A DNA stretch of 64,000 nucleotides. Origin: Planctomycetota bacterium (GTDB taxonomy: Bacteria > Planctomycetota > UBA1135 > GCA-002748355). Position numbers and translations under genes: made by a program. Positions 24,567-32,793 of the stretch are shown in pieces; the stretch's first letter is position 1, and each line of letters opens with the position of its first letter. A model generated the notes under the pieces. That model searched no databases, was not told the DNA's origin, and worked only from the letters and a program-made list of their open reading frames with translations. The stretch lies in assembly GCA_027021385.1 (NCBI GenBank), contig JALUUL010000054.1:51050-115049 (forward strand), read 5' to 3'.

Positions 24567-25535
24567 TCAGGCCCCTCCGACCGCTTCCCCGGAGACCGCA
24601 TCCCGCCGGAGGCTCTCCGCGAGGTCCCGGAGGATCCGATCGAGTCCGAAGACCGGACGATGTCCAAGGATCGCGCGCGCTCTCTCGAGATCGGGGACGC
24701 GATACGTGCAGGGCCTCGACGGCCCCCCGTATCGCTGCGTCGCCGTGACCTTCCGGATCCTCACCGGAAGCCCGAGGACCCTCCCGGTCCTCTCGGCGAG
24801 GGCTGCGATCGTCGTCGCCTCCTCCCCCCCGAGATTGACGACCAGTCCCTGCCCCTCCTCGCGGAGGCCCAGGCGCAGAAGACCCGAAACCGCATCCTCG
24901 ACGTGCTGGAAGCACCGCACGTCCCCTCCCTCCCCGATGACGGGCAAGGGCTCGCCGAGGAGCGCGTACCTCACGAAAGTCGGGAGCACCGGACCGCGCC
25001 GCCAGTCCTGTCCCGGACCGCCGACGTTGAAGAGTCTCGCGATGCGCGCGTCCCCCCCCTTGAGCACGAGGGTCCGGCAGAGTTCCTCCGCGCGGAGCTT
25101 GCCTTCCGGATAGGAGGCCCGCGGCCAGGCGCCGTGGTCCTCGGGAAGCGGGTCCTCCTCGCGGATCCGCCGGCCCCGGCCGTCGCCGTAGACCTCGGAG
25201 GAAGACGTGAAGACCAGGCGCGCGCCCTTGCGGAGGGCTTCCCGGACGAGATTCCTCGTCCCCTCGATCGAGGTCCGGTAGGTCTCGCGGGGGCGTTTCA
25301 AGACCTCGACGATGCCGACGACCGAGGCGAGGTGGAAGACGATCCCCCCCTCGGGGACCAGCCTCTCGACCAGGGCGACATCCCGGACGTCGCCGATCCG
25401 ATCCACGCCCGGCCCGCCGACGAGATCCATACCCTGGACATCCCAACCCTTCTCCTCGAGCCTCGCGCGGAGGCGCGAGCCGATGAACCCGGCTGCTCCG
25501 GTCACGAGCACGGGCCGCTTCGCACGCTGTTCCAT
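24567..25535 (-). CDS. NAD-dependent sugar-nucleotide epimerase/dehydratase (extended SDR)
   Basis: VLVTGAAGFIGSRL Rossmann motif, SSSEVYG, and YPEGKLRAEE (YxxxK). Start chosen at MEQRAK because AAGGA lies 9 nt upstream; M at 25553 is an alternative. Confidence 0.85.
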   Translation of the reverse strand: MEQRAKRPVLVTGAAGFIGSRLRARLEEKGWDVQGMDLVGGPGVDRIGDVRDVALVERLVPEGGIVFHLASVVGIVEVLKRPRETYRTSIEGTRNLVREALRKGARLVFTSSSEVYGDGRGRRIREEDPLPEDHGAWPRASYPEGKLRAEELCRTLVLKGGDARIARLFNVGGPGQDWRRGPVLPTFVRYALLGEPLPVIGEGGDVRCFQHVEDAVSGLLRLGLREEGQGLVVNLGGEEATTIAALAERTGRVLGLPVRIRKVTATQRYGGPSRPCTYRVPDLERARAILGHRPVFGLDRILRDLAESLRRDAVSGEAVGGA

Positions 25536-25713
25536 TTCATCGATCCTTGCCATCTCCGACCCGAAGCCTCCTCCGACGCCGTGTGGCCTGGCTTCTTCCG
25601 AGAGCCTCGCCCGGCCCTCCCCCGACCGCAAGCCTCGGCCCCCTCCTTCCCACCGTCCGGTCTTGCCCCCTTACCCCCCCCACCCGGAGCGATCCGAGCG
25701 GAAACCCGGGTTC

Positions 25714-26676
25714 TCAGGAACCCAGGAGGATCCCGCAGGCCGCGACCCTACAGATGTCCCCGGCGCTGCATCCCCGGCTCAGGTCCATGCAGGGCCGGGC
25801 CAGACCCTGGAGCAGGGGGCCGAGGGCCGCGAAGCCCGCCAGGCGCTCGGTCAGCTTGTAGGCGATGTTGCCGGCGTCCAGGTCGGGGAAGATCAGCACG
25901 TTCGCCCTACCTTCGAGGGGGGAATCGGGGGCCTTTTTCGCCGCCACTTCGGGGACGAGGGCGGCGTCCGCCTGCAACTCCCCGTCGATCCTGCGGGCGG
26001 GCGCCCGCGTTCGGGCGATCTCGGCCGCCCGGCGCACCTTGTCGACGCGCGGATGTTCGGCGCTCCCCCGGGTCGAAAACGAGAGGAAGGCGATGCGGGC
26101 CTCCTCTCCGGTGAGTCTTTCGAAGGATTGCGCGGTCTCCAGCGCGATCTCGGCGAGATCCTCGGGGTCCGGATCGGGCACGACCCCCGCGTCGGCGTAG
26201 GCCAGCATGCGGTCGGCCCCCGCCATCAGGAAAAGGCTCGAGCAGAGCCTCCGGCCCTTCGCGAGCCCCACCGTCCGGAGCGCGCTCCGGATGACCCGGG
26301 CGGTCGCGCTCCGGCTCCCCGCCACCGAGACCTGCGCCTTCCCCGTCGCGACGAGGAGGCCGGCGAAGATCAACGGGTCCTCGAGGACGGTCCTCCGGGC
26401 CCCCTCACGATCGACGCCCTTGGCCGAAAGCCGGGAGAAAAGGAGTTCGACGCAGGACTCGAGATCCTCGTAGCCCTCGGGTTCGAGCCAGCGCGCTCCC
26501 GGGACGTCCCGGGGAACCCCTTCTCCGGCGACGAGGATCGGAGGGGACGCCCCGAGGTCCAACATCCGCCTCGCGGCCTCCCGGACCCTCGGGTCGGAGG
26601 GCTCGGGGAAGACGACGGCCCCCCCGTGCTCGAAGGCTCTCGTGCAGAGGTCCTCCAGGGCCCGTTCCGGGTTCAT
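25714..26676 (-). CDS. pta: Phosphate acetyl/butyryl-transferase (PTA_PTB family)
   Basis: [20 protein letters not shown]...ILVAG...[21 protein letters not shown]...[18 protein letters not shown]. The ATG overlaps the upstream stop (ATGA). Confidence 0.8.
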   Translation of the reverse strand: MNPERALEDLCTRAFEHGGAVVFPEPSDPRVREAARRMLDLGASPPILVAGEGVPRDVPGARWLEPEGYEDLESCVELLFSRLSAKGVDREGARRTVLEDPLIFAGLLVATGKAQVSVAGSRSATARVIRSALRTVGLAKGRRLCSSLFLMAGADRMLAYADAGVVPDPDPEDLAEIALETAQSFERLTGEEARIAFLSFSTRGSAEHPRVDKVRRAAEIARTRAPARRIDGELQADAALVPEVAAKKAPDSPLEGRANVLIFPDLDAGNIAYKLTERLAGFAALGPLLQGLARPCMDLSRGCSAGDICRVAACGILLGS

Positions 26677-27020
26677 CCCCGCCCCTCGATCCCCTCGAGC
26701 AGCGACACTGGCACCTCGAGTTCCATCTCGAGGAGACCCAGGCCGTGGGTCTTACCCTGGGCGTCGGTCTTCAGGCTCAGGGAGCCCCCGCCGCCCAGCG
26801 AATCATGGAGGAGGAAATTGAGCGCATGGAGATTCGGCGCGAGGAAGCGTTCCACGGGCCCGAAGGCGATCTCCCGGAAATGGCGCCGGACCCTCTCGGC
26901 CGTCAGGTTCTCGACGAGAAACTCGTAGATTTCGGGAGATCGGGCGAGGACCCCGACATTGCTCCCGTCCCCCTTGTCGCCCGATCTCGCGAGCGCGATC
27001 CGGGAAAGCTTGACCTTCAT
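26673..27020 (-). CDS. 115 aa protein resembling the C-terminal domain of AtuA-family proteins (tentative)
   Basis: [27 protein letters not shown]... The ARSGDKG motif is recalled from AtuA C-termini, from memory only. Strong AGGAGG ribosome-binding site before the ATG at 27020. The rest of ORF 26673..27851 is shadow sequence. Confidence 0.55.
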   Translation of the reverse strand: MKVKLSRIALARSGDKGDGSNVGVLARSPEIYEFLVENLTAERVRRHFREIAFGPVERFLAPNLHALNFLLHDSLGGGGSLSLKTDAQGKTHGLGLLEMELEVPVSLLEGIEGRG

Positions 27021-27067
27021 CCTTCCTCCTTGCTCGAGGCGCGCGGACGCCCCGCCGCCCGCGCGCC

Positions 27068-28048
27068 TCACTCGGCCTCGAAGGTCCGGCGCAGGCGGTA
27101 GAGGTCCGTCCGGGCCACGTAGGCGACCCGCTCCGGATCCTGCCACCAATCCTCGTCGACCGAAAGGATCCTGCCGTTCAGGGGCCGAGCCGCCGGGCTC
27201 AGCAGGAAGAGCGCGAGTTCGGCGCCGTCCTCGGGATCGTGGTTCCGCTCCCGGAGGGGATGGGGCTGCCCGGTCGCCTCCTCCTCTGCCTTGATGCGTT
27301 CGAGGTCCTTCGGGCTCCAGGTGAGCCCCGGCTCCATGCAGTTGACGCGGATCCCCGGAACGTCGAGAACCTCGGCGTAGAGCTGGTCCGTGAAACGGCA
27401 GACCGCGGCCTTCGCCGAAGCGTAGGCCGTCGCGTGCACCCCGACCATCGGGAAGAAGGCCCCACCGCCGGCGCAGGTCAGGATGTCCCCCTTCTTTCCG
27501 GCGAGCATTCCAGGAAGGGCCGCCCGACAGCAGAGATACGTCGAATAGAAATTCCTCAGGAGAACATCCAGCCACTCCTTCGGATTCGTCTCGGGAAGGG
27601 GTTGCCCGGCGCCGAATCCCCCGGCGAGGCAGGCGAGGACTTCGACCCGGCCTTCGTTCCTCTCGATGTCCTCGAACAGCCGATCCACCTCGGAGGGAAT
27701 CGTCAGATCGCAGACGAGGTGGCGGACCCGAAGTCTCCGTTCCCTCGCGAAGGCCACGGTCTCCTCCAGGTTCGTCCGATTCCTCGAGGAGATCACGACC
27801 CGCGCCCCCGCCTGAGCGAGCTTCAGCGCGACGGCCCTTCCGATGTTCCACCCCCCGCCGGTGACGAGGGCGACCTTGCCCGAGAGGTCCGCGGTCCCAT
27901 GGGGATTCCTTTGAGGGCGGGGTTCGAGCCAGGTCGCGCAGGAGGAACCGTCCTCACGCTCGGTCGCTTCGTCCGGGTATTCTTGCTCGCTCAACGGAAG
28001 TCGCCTCGATCTCCCGATTATTCCGTCTCCCCTTTCCAGTTCCAGCAC
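27068..28048 (-). CDS. Short-chain dehydrogenase/reductase (SDR)
   Basis: GKVALVTGGGWNIGRA, a YASAKAA catalytic motif, and NCMEPG. About 60 aa precede the Rossmann motif, so the true start may lie downstream of the GTG at 28048 (for example the TTG at 27994). Confidence 0.8.
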   Translation of the reverse strand: MLELERGDGIIGRSRRLPLSEQEYPDEATEREDGSSCATWLEPRPQRNPHGTADLSGKVALVTGGGWNIGRAVALKLAQAGARVVISSRNRTNLEETVAFARERRLRVRHLVCDLTIPSEVDRLFEDIERNEGRVEVLACLAGGFGAGQPLPETNPKEWLDVLLRNFYSTYLCCRAALPGMLAGKKGDILTCAGGGAFFPMVGVHATAYASAKAAVCRFTDQLYAEVLDVPGIRVNCMEPGLTWSPKDLERIKAEEEATGQPHPLRERNHDPEDGAELALFLLSPAARPLNGRILSVDEDWWQDPERVAYVARTDLYRLRRTFEAE

Positions 28049-28059
28049 AGGGCGGGGTC

Positions 28060-29601
28060 ATGAAACAGCATTGGAAGATCCTGATCTGGATGGCGGCCGG
28101 GGCGCTCCTCGGCGGGGTGTTCCAGGTGAGCCTGGAGGCCGAGGCGGAAAGCGGCCTGGTTCTGGACGCGGGGAGGGACGCGGCCGTCGTCCGCGAAGTC
28201 CGGGGACCCGCCGTGAAAGCGGGTCTCGAGCCCGGGATGGAACTGCGTTCCATCCTACTCGATCGGGGACGCGCGGGTAGGGAACGAAGGATCCGGATCC
28301 GCGGCGGAGCCGACCTGGAGGCGGCTCTCGAGGGGGTCAAGATCGGCGCGGCGGTCTGGTTCGCCGAGGACGACGCGGGAAAGCGGGTCGTCGGGAAACC
28401 GCTGACCCTCGTCCTCCGGGAATCCTCTCCGAGAGCGCGCTGGATCGCCCCCTTCGCCTACGGGGCCGCGCTCTTCATGACCCTGCTCAAGATGCTGATC
28501 GTTCCCCTGGTCCTGACTTCGATCATCAGCGGAGTCGCGGGGGTCGGAGCGGCCCGCGATCTCAAGAGGCTGGGGCTCAAGACGATCCTTTACTACGTTA
28601 CGACGAGCATGATCGCCATCCTCGTCGGACTCGTTCTCGTGAACCTGATCCGCCCCGGCGAAGGGGCCGAACTCGGGCTGCCCTACCGGGAAGCCCACGC
28701 CGCCGGACGGAGCTTCTGGGACGTCTTCCTTCGCATGGTTCCGACGAACTTCTTCTCCTCACTGGGCGACAACGGGGCCATGCTCCAGATCATCTTCTTC
28801 GGCCTCTTCTTCGGAGGCTGCATCCTCGCGACGCCCGCGCCCCACGGCCCGAGGCTGCGGGAGTTCTTCACCTCGGCCTTCGAGGTCATGATGAAGATGG
28901 CCGAACTGGTGCTCCGGTTGATCCCGTATGGAGTGTTCTGCCTCCTCGTGAAAGTCGTCGGGGAAACGGGATTCGGGCTCTTCCTCCCGCTCGGCCTCTA
29001 CATGCTGATGATCGCGGGGGGCCTCTGCCTGCACATGTTCGTCATCCTGCCTCTCCTGCTCCGGGTCGTCGGGAAGATCGCCCCCCTTGCCTGGGGAAGG
29101 GCGATGGCACCCGCCCTGATGACCGCGTTCTCCGCATCCTCTTCGTCGATGACCCTCCCCGTCACGATGGAATGCGCCGAGAAGCGCGGGGGCGTCAGCA
29201 ACAAGGTCAGTTCCTTCGTCCTCCCCCTCGGTGCGACGATCAACATGGACGGCACGGCCCTCTACGAATGCGCGGGAGTCATTTTCCTTTCCCAGTACTA
29301 CGCCTCGGTCGGCGGGGTCCCCCTCGGAATCGGCGACCAGGTCTTCGTCGTCCTCATGGCCCTGACGGCCTCGATCGGAGCGGCCGGAATCCCCTCGGCC
29401 GGCCTCGTCATGATGGTCACGATCCTGAGCGCCCTGAAGCTCCCGATCGAAGGGGCCGCCCTCCTGCTCGCCGTCGACCGCCCCCTCGACATGCTGCGGA
29501 CCGCGGTCAACGTCTGGAGCGACTCCTGCGGCACCGCTCTCATCGCGAAGAGCGAGGGCGAGCGGCTCGCCGTCGAGGCTCCGGTCGGAGAGACGACCTG
29601 A
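28060..29601 (+). CDS. Dicarboxylate/amino acid:cation symporter (DAACS/GltP family) with a ~105 aa insertion after TM1
   Basis: LKMLIVPLVLTSIISGVAGVG, AFSASSSSMTLPVT, PLGATINMDGTALYE and DRPLDMLRTAVNVWSD are collinear with GltP-type carriers. Residues ~22-127 are extra. Confidence 0.88.
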   Translation: MKQHWKILIWMAAGALLGGVFQVSLEAEAESGLVLDAGRDAAVVREVRGPAVKAGLEPGMELRSILLDRGRAGRERRIRIRGGADLEAALEGVKIGAAVWFAEDDAGKRVVGKPLTLVLRESSPRARWIAPFAYGAALFMTLLKMLIVPLVLTSIISGVAGVGAARDLKRLGLKTILYYVTTSMIAILVGLVLVNLIRPGEGAELGLPYREAHAAGRSFWDVFLRMVPTNFFSSLGDNGAMLQIIFFGLFFGGCILATPAPHGPRLREFFTSAFEVMMKMAELVLRLIPYGVFCLLVKVVGETGFGLFLPLGLYMLMIAGGLCLHMFVILPLLLRVVGKIAPLAWGRAMAPALMTAFSASSSSMTLPVTMECAEKRGGVSNKVSSFVLPLGATINMDGTALYECAGVIFLSQYYASVGGVPLGIGDQVFVVLMALTASIGAAGIPSAGLVMMVTILSALKLPIEGAALLLAVDRPLDMLRTAVNVWSDSCGTALIAKSEGERLAVEAPVGETT

Positions 29602-29649
29602 CCCCGCCCTCGGAGACCGGCCCCCCGCCGCGTCCTCCCGGAGCGCGGG

Positions 29650-31278
29650 TCAGGCCAGGCCTTCGATCTTGAGCTTCTGGAGGGCCTGGACCGCCTCCTT
29701 CGACTCGGGATCCTTCTGCACGAGATGCTCGAGGAGTTCGTAGCCGAAGCGCTTCTCCTCCTGGAGCCGATCGAGGAACTTGACCCCGAGGTAGAGCTTG
29801 TCCTCGTTGCGGAGCAGCCTTTCCTTCTTGATCCGCTGGAAGAGGGGGAACCCCGACCGCAACAGGGTCGAGAGATGCCCGAGGACGGGATCGCCTTCCA
29901 GCATCGAGGGGACCGCCGTCCGCTGGAGCATCGTATTGATCGCGAGCTCGTACCGCGCCTCGTCGGCGACCTTGCTTCGACTGCGGGTCAAGGCGTGGAG
30001 GATCTGAATCGCCTCCTGGTATCGATGCGCGCTCTTCAGCTTCTTCGCCTCCTGCACGAGCATCGGGGCCGCGAGGTCCGGATCGGCGTTCGAGAGGATC
30101 TCATGGAGAATCTGCCGCACGGGATCCTGTGCCTTGACGAGCTTCATGTACATGTCGACGAGCTTCTTGACCTGCGCCTGCGAGAGCTCGGGGGCGAGGG
30201 CGACGAGAGCCTTCATCGGGCGCCGCGCCTCCTTCAGGTCCCTGGCGGCGGCAAGCATCTTGAGGAGTCCCTGGCGGGCTTCCTTGTTGCGGCCGAGGGC
30301 CTCCGAAACGATCTCGTGCACCTTCGCGTCGTCGGTCGTGAGAAGGGGGAGGAGGTGCTTGGCGGAAGTGGCCGTCTCGTAGTGACCGAGGCTCCGCATC
30401 GCGAACAGCCGAACCTCGATCCTCGGGCTGTCGAGCAGCTTGAGCATCATGCTCGACATCGAGGCTCCCTTCGGCACGAAGTCCCCGAGGGCCTCGAGAG
30501 CCGGACCCGCGACGTTGTGGAAATCCTCTGAGAGAAGATACGACACGAGCGTGGCCTGTTGCTTCGGAGTCAAGGCCATGCCCTTCAACCCCAGGAGGGC
30601 AACCCTGCGGATTGCGGGATCCTTGGACTTCCCGCTGTATTGGAAAAGGAGGGCCCGCAGGTCGGGGTCGGGAACCTTGCCGAGAAGAGTCAACAGATGG
30701 AGGGTGTAATCCTTCGCGGCGGACTTGGGAACCCTCTTCAGGCTCTGAACGAGGACCTTGCGCAGCCCGGCCCTCTCCGCCTCTCCTTCCTCCCCCTCGG
30801 GGAGGTTTGCGATCTCGTTGCAGAGCACGTCGACTGCGAGACTCGCAAGATTCTGGTGATCGGGATCCTTCAAGATCGCGATCAGCTTCCGCATCGCCTC
30901 GGCCCCCCTGCTGCGGCCGAGGATCCGGATGATGACCTCCTTCGTCGTTTCGTCCGCCTCCTCGTATTCCCGGGCCAGCACCTTCTCGGCCCGATCCCCG
31001 CTCCGCGCGAGGACCTTGGACACCCGGTCCCGCAGAGGGCCCTCGACATGGAGCAGAGGAATCAGGCCGGAAAGGGCCTGGGCGTTTCCGATCGCGCCGA
31101 GGGCCTCGATCGCGTAGGGGCGGAGATAGCCCTCCCCCTCGGAGGCCAGGGTGCTCAGGGCATGGACGACCCTCGCCTCCTTGGGTTGCAACCAGGCGAG
31201 GGTCTGGGCGGCGGCCACCCTCTGCTCGGGGGCCCCTTCGGAGAGCATCTGCAGGATTCCGGCGATCGCATCCTTCAT
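29650..31278 (-). CDS. HEAT/armadillo-repeat protein (cytoplasmic, no signal peptide)
   Basis: Repeated about 30-40 aa helical units with the xRxxAxxALGxIG pattern (YAIEALGAIGNAQAL, VIIRILGRSRGAEAM, RVALLGLKGM). Natural composition compared with the shadow frames. Confidence 0.75.
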   Translation of the reverse strand: MKDAIAGILQMLSEGAPEQRVAAAQTLAWLQPKEARVVHALSTLASEGEGYLRPYAIEALGAIGNAQALSGLIPLLHVEGPLRDRVSKVLARSGDRAEKVLAREYEEADETTKEVIIRILGRSRGAEAMRKLIAILKDPDHQNLASLAVDVLCNEIANLPEGEEGEAERAGLRKVLVQSLKRVPKSAAKDYTLHLLTLLGKVPDPDLRALLFQYSGKSKDPAIRRVALLGLKGMALTPKQQATLVSYLLSEDFHNVAGPALEALGDFVPKGASMSSMMLKLLDSPRIEVRLFAMRSLGHYETATSAKHLLPLLTTDDAKVHEIVSEALGRNKEARQGLLKMLAAARDLKEARRPMKALVALAPELSQAQVKKLVDMYMKLVKAQDPVRQILHEILSNADPDLAAPMLVQEAKKLKSAHRYQEAIQILHALTRSRSKVADEARYELAINTMLQRTAVPSMLEGDPVLGHLSTLLRSGFPLFQRIKKERLLRNEDKLYLGVKFLDRLQEEKRFGYELLEHLVQKDPESKEAVQALQKLKIEGLA

Positions 31279-31886
31279 ATCGGCACCTGCCTTCGCGGAA
31301 GGCTCAGCCCTCGTTCAAAACTCAACACACTGGAAAGCAAAGACTTCGGGGAAAAAGCCTCTTCCGCACGCGGGTCGGGGAATCTCCGGAACGAAGAGAG
31401 ATCCGTTTTCTCCCCTCCGGTTCGGAATCCGTCCGGCAAGTCCTCCCCCGGGAACGACGCACGGCGTTCCCGGGGCGTCCGGCGGAGCAATCGCGCCGCC
31501 ATGGTCAGCGTCGGAAGCGAAGGCCTGGAACGGTATGATGAGTTCGGGTTTCGATTCTGGATCTCGACCTCCCCCCGCCAGGCACCGGCTCCTGCCGGAG
31601 TGGAAAGGAAGTCTTGGAACGGCCGGAGATTATAGAAAGGCTTCCACCCCCAGAAAACCTTCGGACCCAGAGCGCGGGGAAAGCGATGCTACATCCTAAC
31701 AGCCTGAAAAAAAGAGACTTGCGAGGGCACCCTGACCGGAGGGGACGGAGATCGGTCGCAGATATTCACCGCCTGTCCACAGTTTTCCGAACCGACCGAG
31801 GGCCTGCACGGGATTCCGGGTCGAGGACCCGCCCCGCGCCGGCCTCGAACCCTTCCCCCCTTTCGTCCACCCTTTCCCCGGAACGG

Positions 31887-32615
31887 GTGGAACGCCCACG
31901 GTCCGGTCTTGGTCTCCGGACCACCCTCCTCCTGCTCGCCCTCCTCCCTTCCTGCCGGAAATCCGGCAAGGAGCAGGAGAAGGACCTTCCTCGAAGGACC
32001 GCCGGAGTTCGAAAGCCGGAACACGCATCGAAGGGCGGCGAGACGATCCGGCAGAAGTCCTATCGTCTTTTCCCGATCCTCGAACAGGGCGGGCTTCCCG
32101 ACTGGACGGCTCCCCCCCTGCTCGTCCCCGACCCCGCCCTGAAACTGGGCGGACGGCTGATCCTCAGGGAGCCCGGCGCGAACCGGACCCCCTCCCCTCG
32201 GGATCTCGCGAAGTTCGAGGCCCTCGGCAAACCTCTCCCGGAGATCCTCGCCCGGAACCTCCGGCTGATGCTCCCGAACACCGAGATCCGGGCGATCGGA
32301 AAGCCCGGAGGAGCCCGTTTCCTGTTCATCGACACATCTCTCTTCGGGATCGAATCCCTGGTTCTCCTCCCCGATTTCTGGGACCTCTGCTCCGAGACCC
32401 TCGGCGGGGAGGTCCTGATGGCCTTGCCGGATCGCAGCATGTTCACGGTCTTCCGCGAACGGGACCAGGCCCTTCTCGAGGGTTTCGCCCCTCGCTACCG
32501 CAAGCTCCATAAGAACGGCGCCGATCCGCTGCTGCCCTGTTTCCTCGCGAGGAAGGAGGGGCGACTCCAGGCCGGCCTCTCCTTCGAGGCCCTGGAACAC
32601 GAAAAGAAGAAATGA
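31887..32615 (+). CDS. Predicted lipoprotein, function unknown
   Basis: The GTG at 31887 gives VERPRSGLGLRTTLLLLALLPSC (lipobox LLPSC). There is no ATG upstream in frame that precedes the signal sequence, so the start is uncertain. Confidence 0.55.
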   Translation: MERPRSGLGLRTTLLLLALLPSCRKSGKEQEKDLPRRTAGVRKPEHASKGGETIRQKSYRLFPILEQGGLPDWTAPPLLVPDPALKLGGRLILREPGANRTPSPRDLAKFEALGKPLPEILARNLRLMLPNTEIRAIGKPGGARFLFIDTSLFGIESLVLLPDFWDLCSETLGGEVLMALPDRSMFTVFRERDQALLEGFAPRYRKLHKNGADPLLPCFLARKEGRLQAGLSFEALEHEKKK

Positions 32616-32690
32616 CCTCCGCTTCCCGCCGCCCCCCCGGAACGATCGGCCCTCTCGCGTCAGGAAAACGTAAAAAAGAAACGATATTCG

Positions 32691-32730
32691 CCTCTCAGGG
32701 CAGGGGGGGATTGATCCTCCCCCTGAGAGG
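32691..32730 (+). terminator. Long hairpin between the lipoprotein gene and the M64 peptidase gene
   Basis: CCTCTCAGGG...(G-rich / C-rich inner stem)...CCCTGAGAGG, followed by T-rich ...TTCTCATTTCTTTT. Confidence 0.45.
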
Positions 32731-32793
32731 GCCATAGGCTCGGCAGTTCTCATTTCTTTTCCGATCCCCTTATCCTCCCGTCCGGAGGTCCGT

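Noticed and set aside
21705-26114. A 1469 aa plus-strand ORF, the longest in the window.
   Set aside because: It runs antisense to five minus-strand genes with clear family motifs (GT4, AsnB-like, epimerase, pta). Its translation is almost pure Arg/Pro/Ser/Gly/Ala with no recognisable motif. This is the typical stop-codon-free shadow frame of GC-rich DNA.
31546-31568. GGGTTTCGATTCTGGATCTCGAC resembles the 5' end of tmRNA (GGGGCUGAUUCUGGAUUCGAC).
   Set aside because: Within the next ~400 nt on either strand I found no matching 3' acceptor strand, no T-arm with a UUCRANY loop, no CCA-proximal end and no ...ALAA-type tag reading frame. It is probably a chance similarity, but an Infernal scan would settle it.
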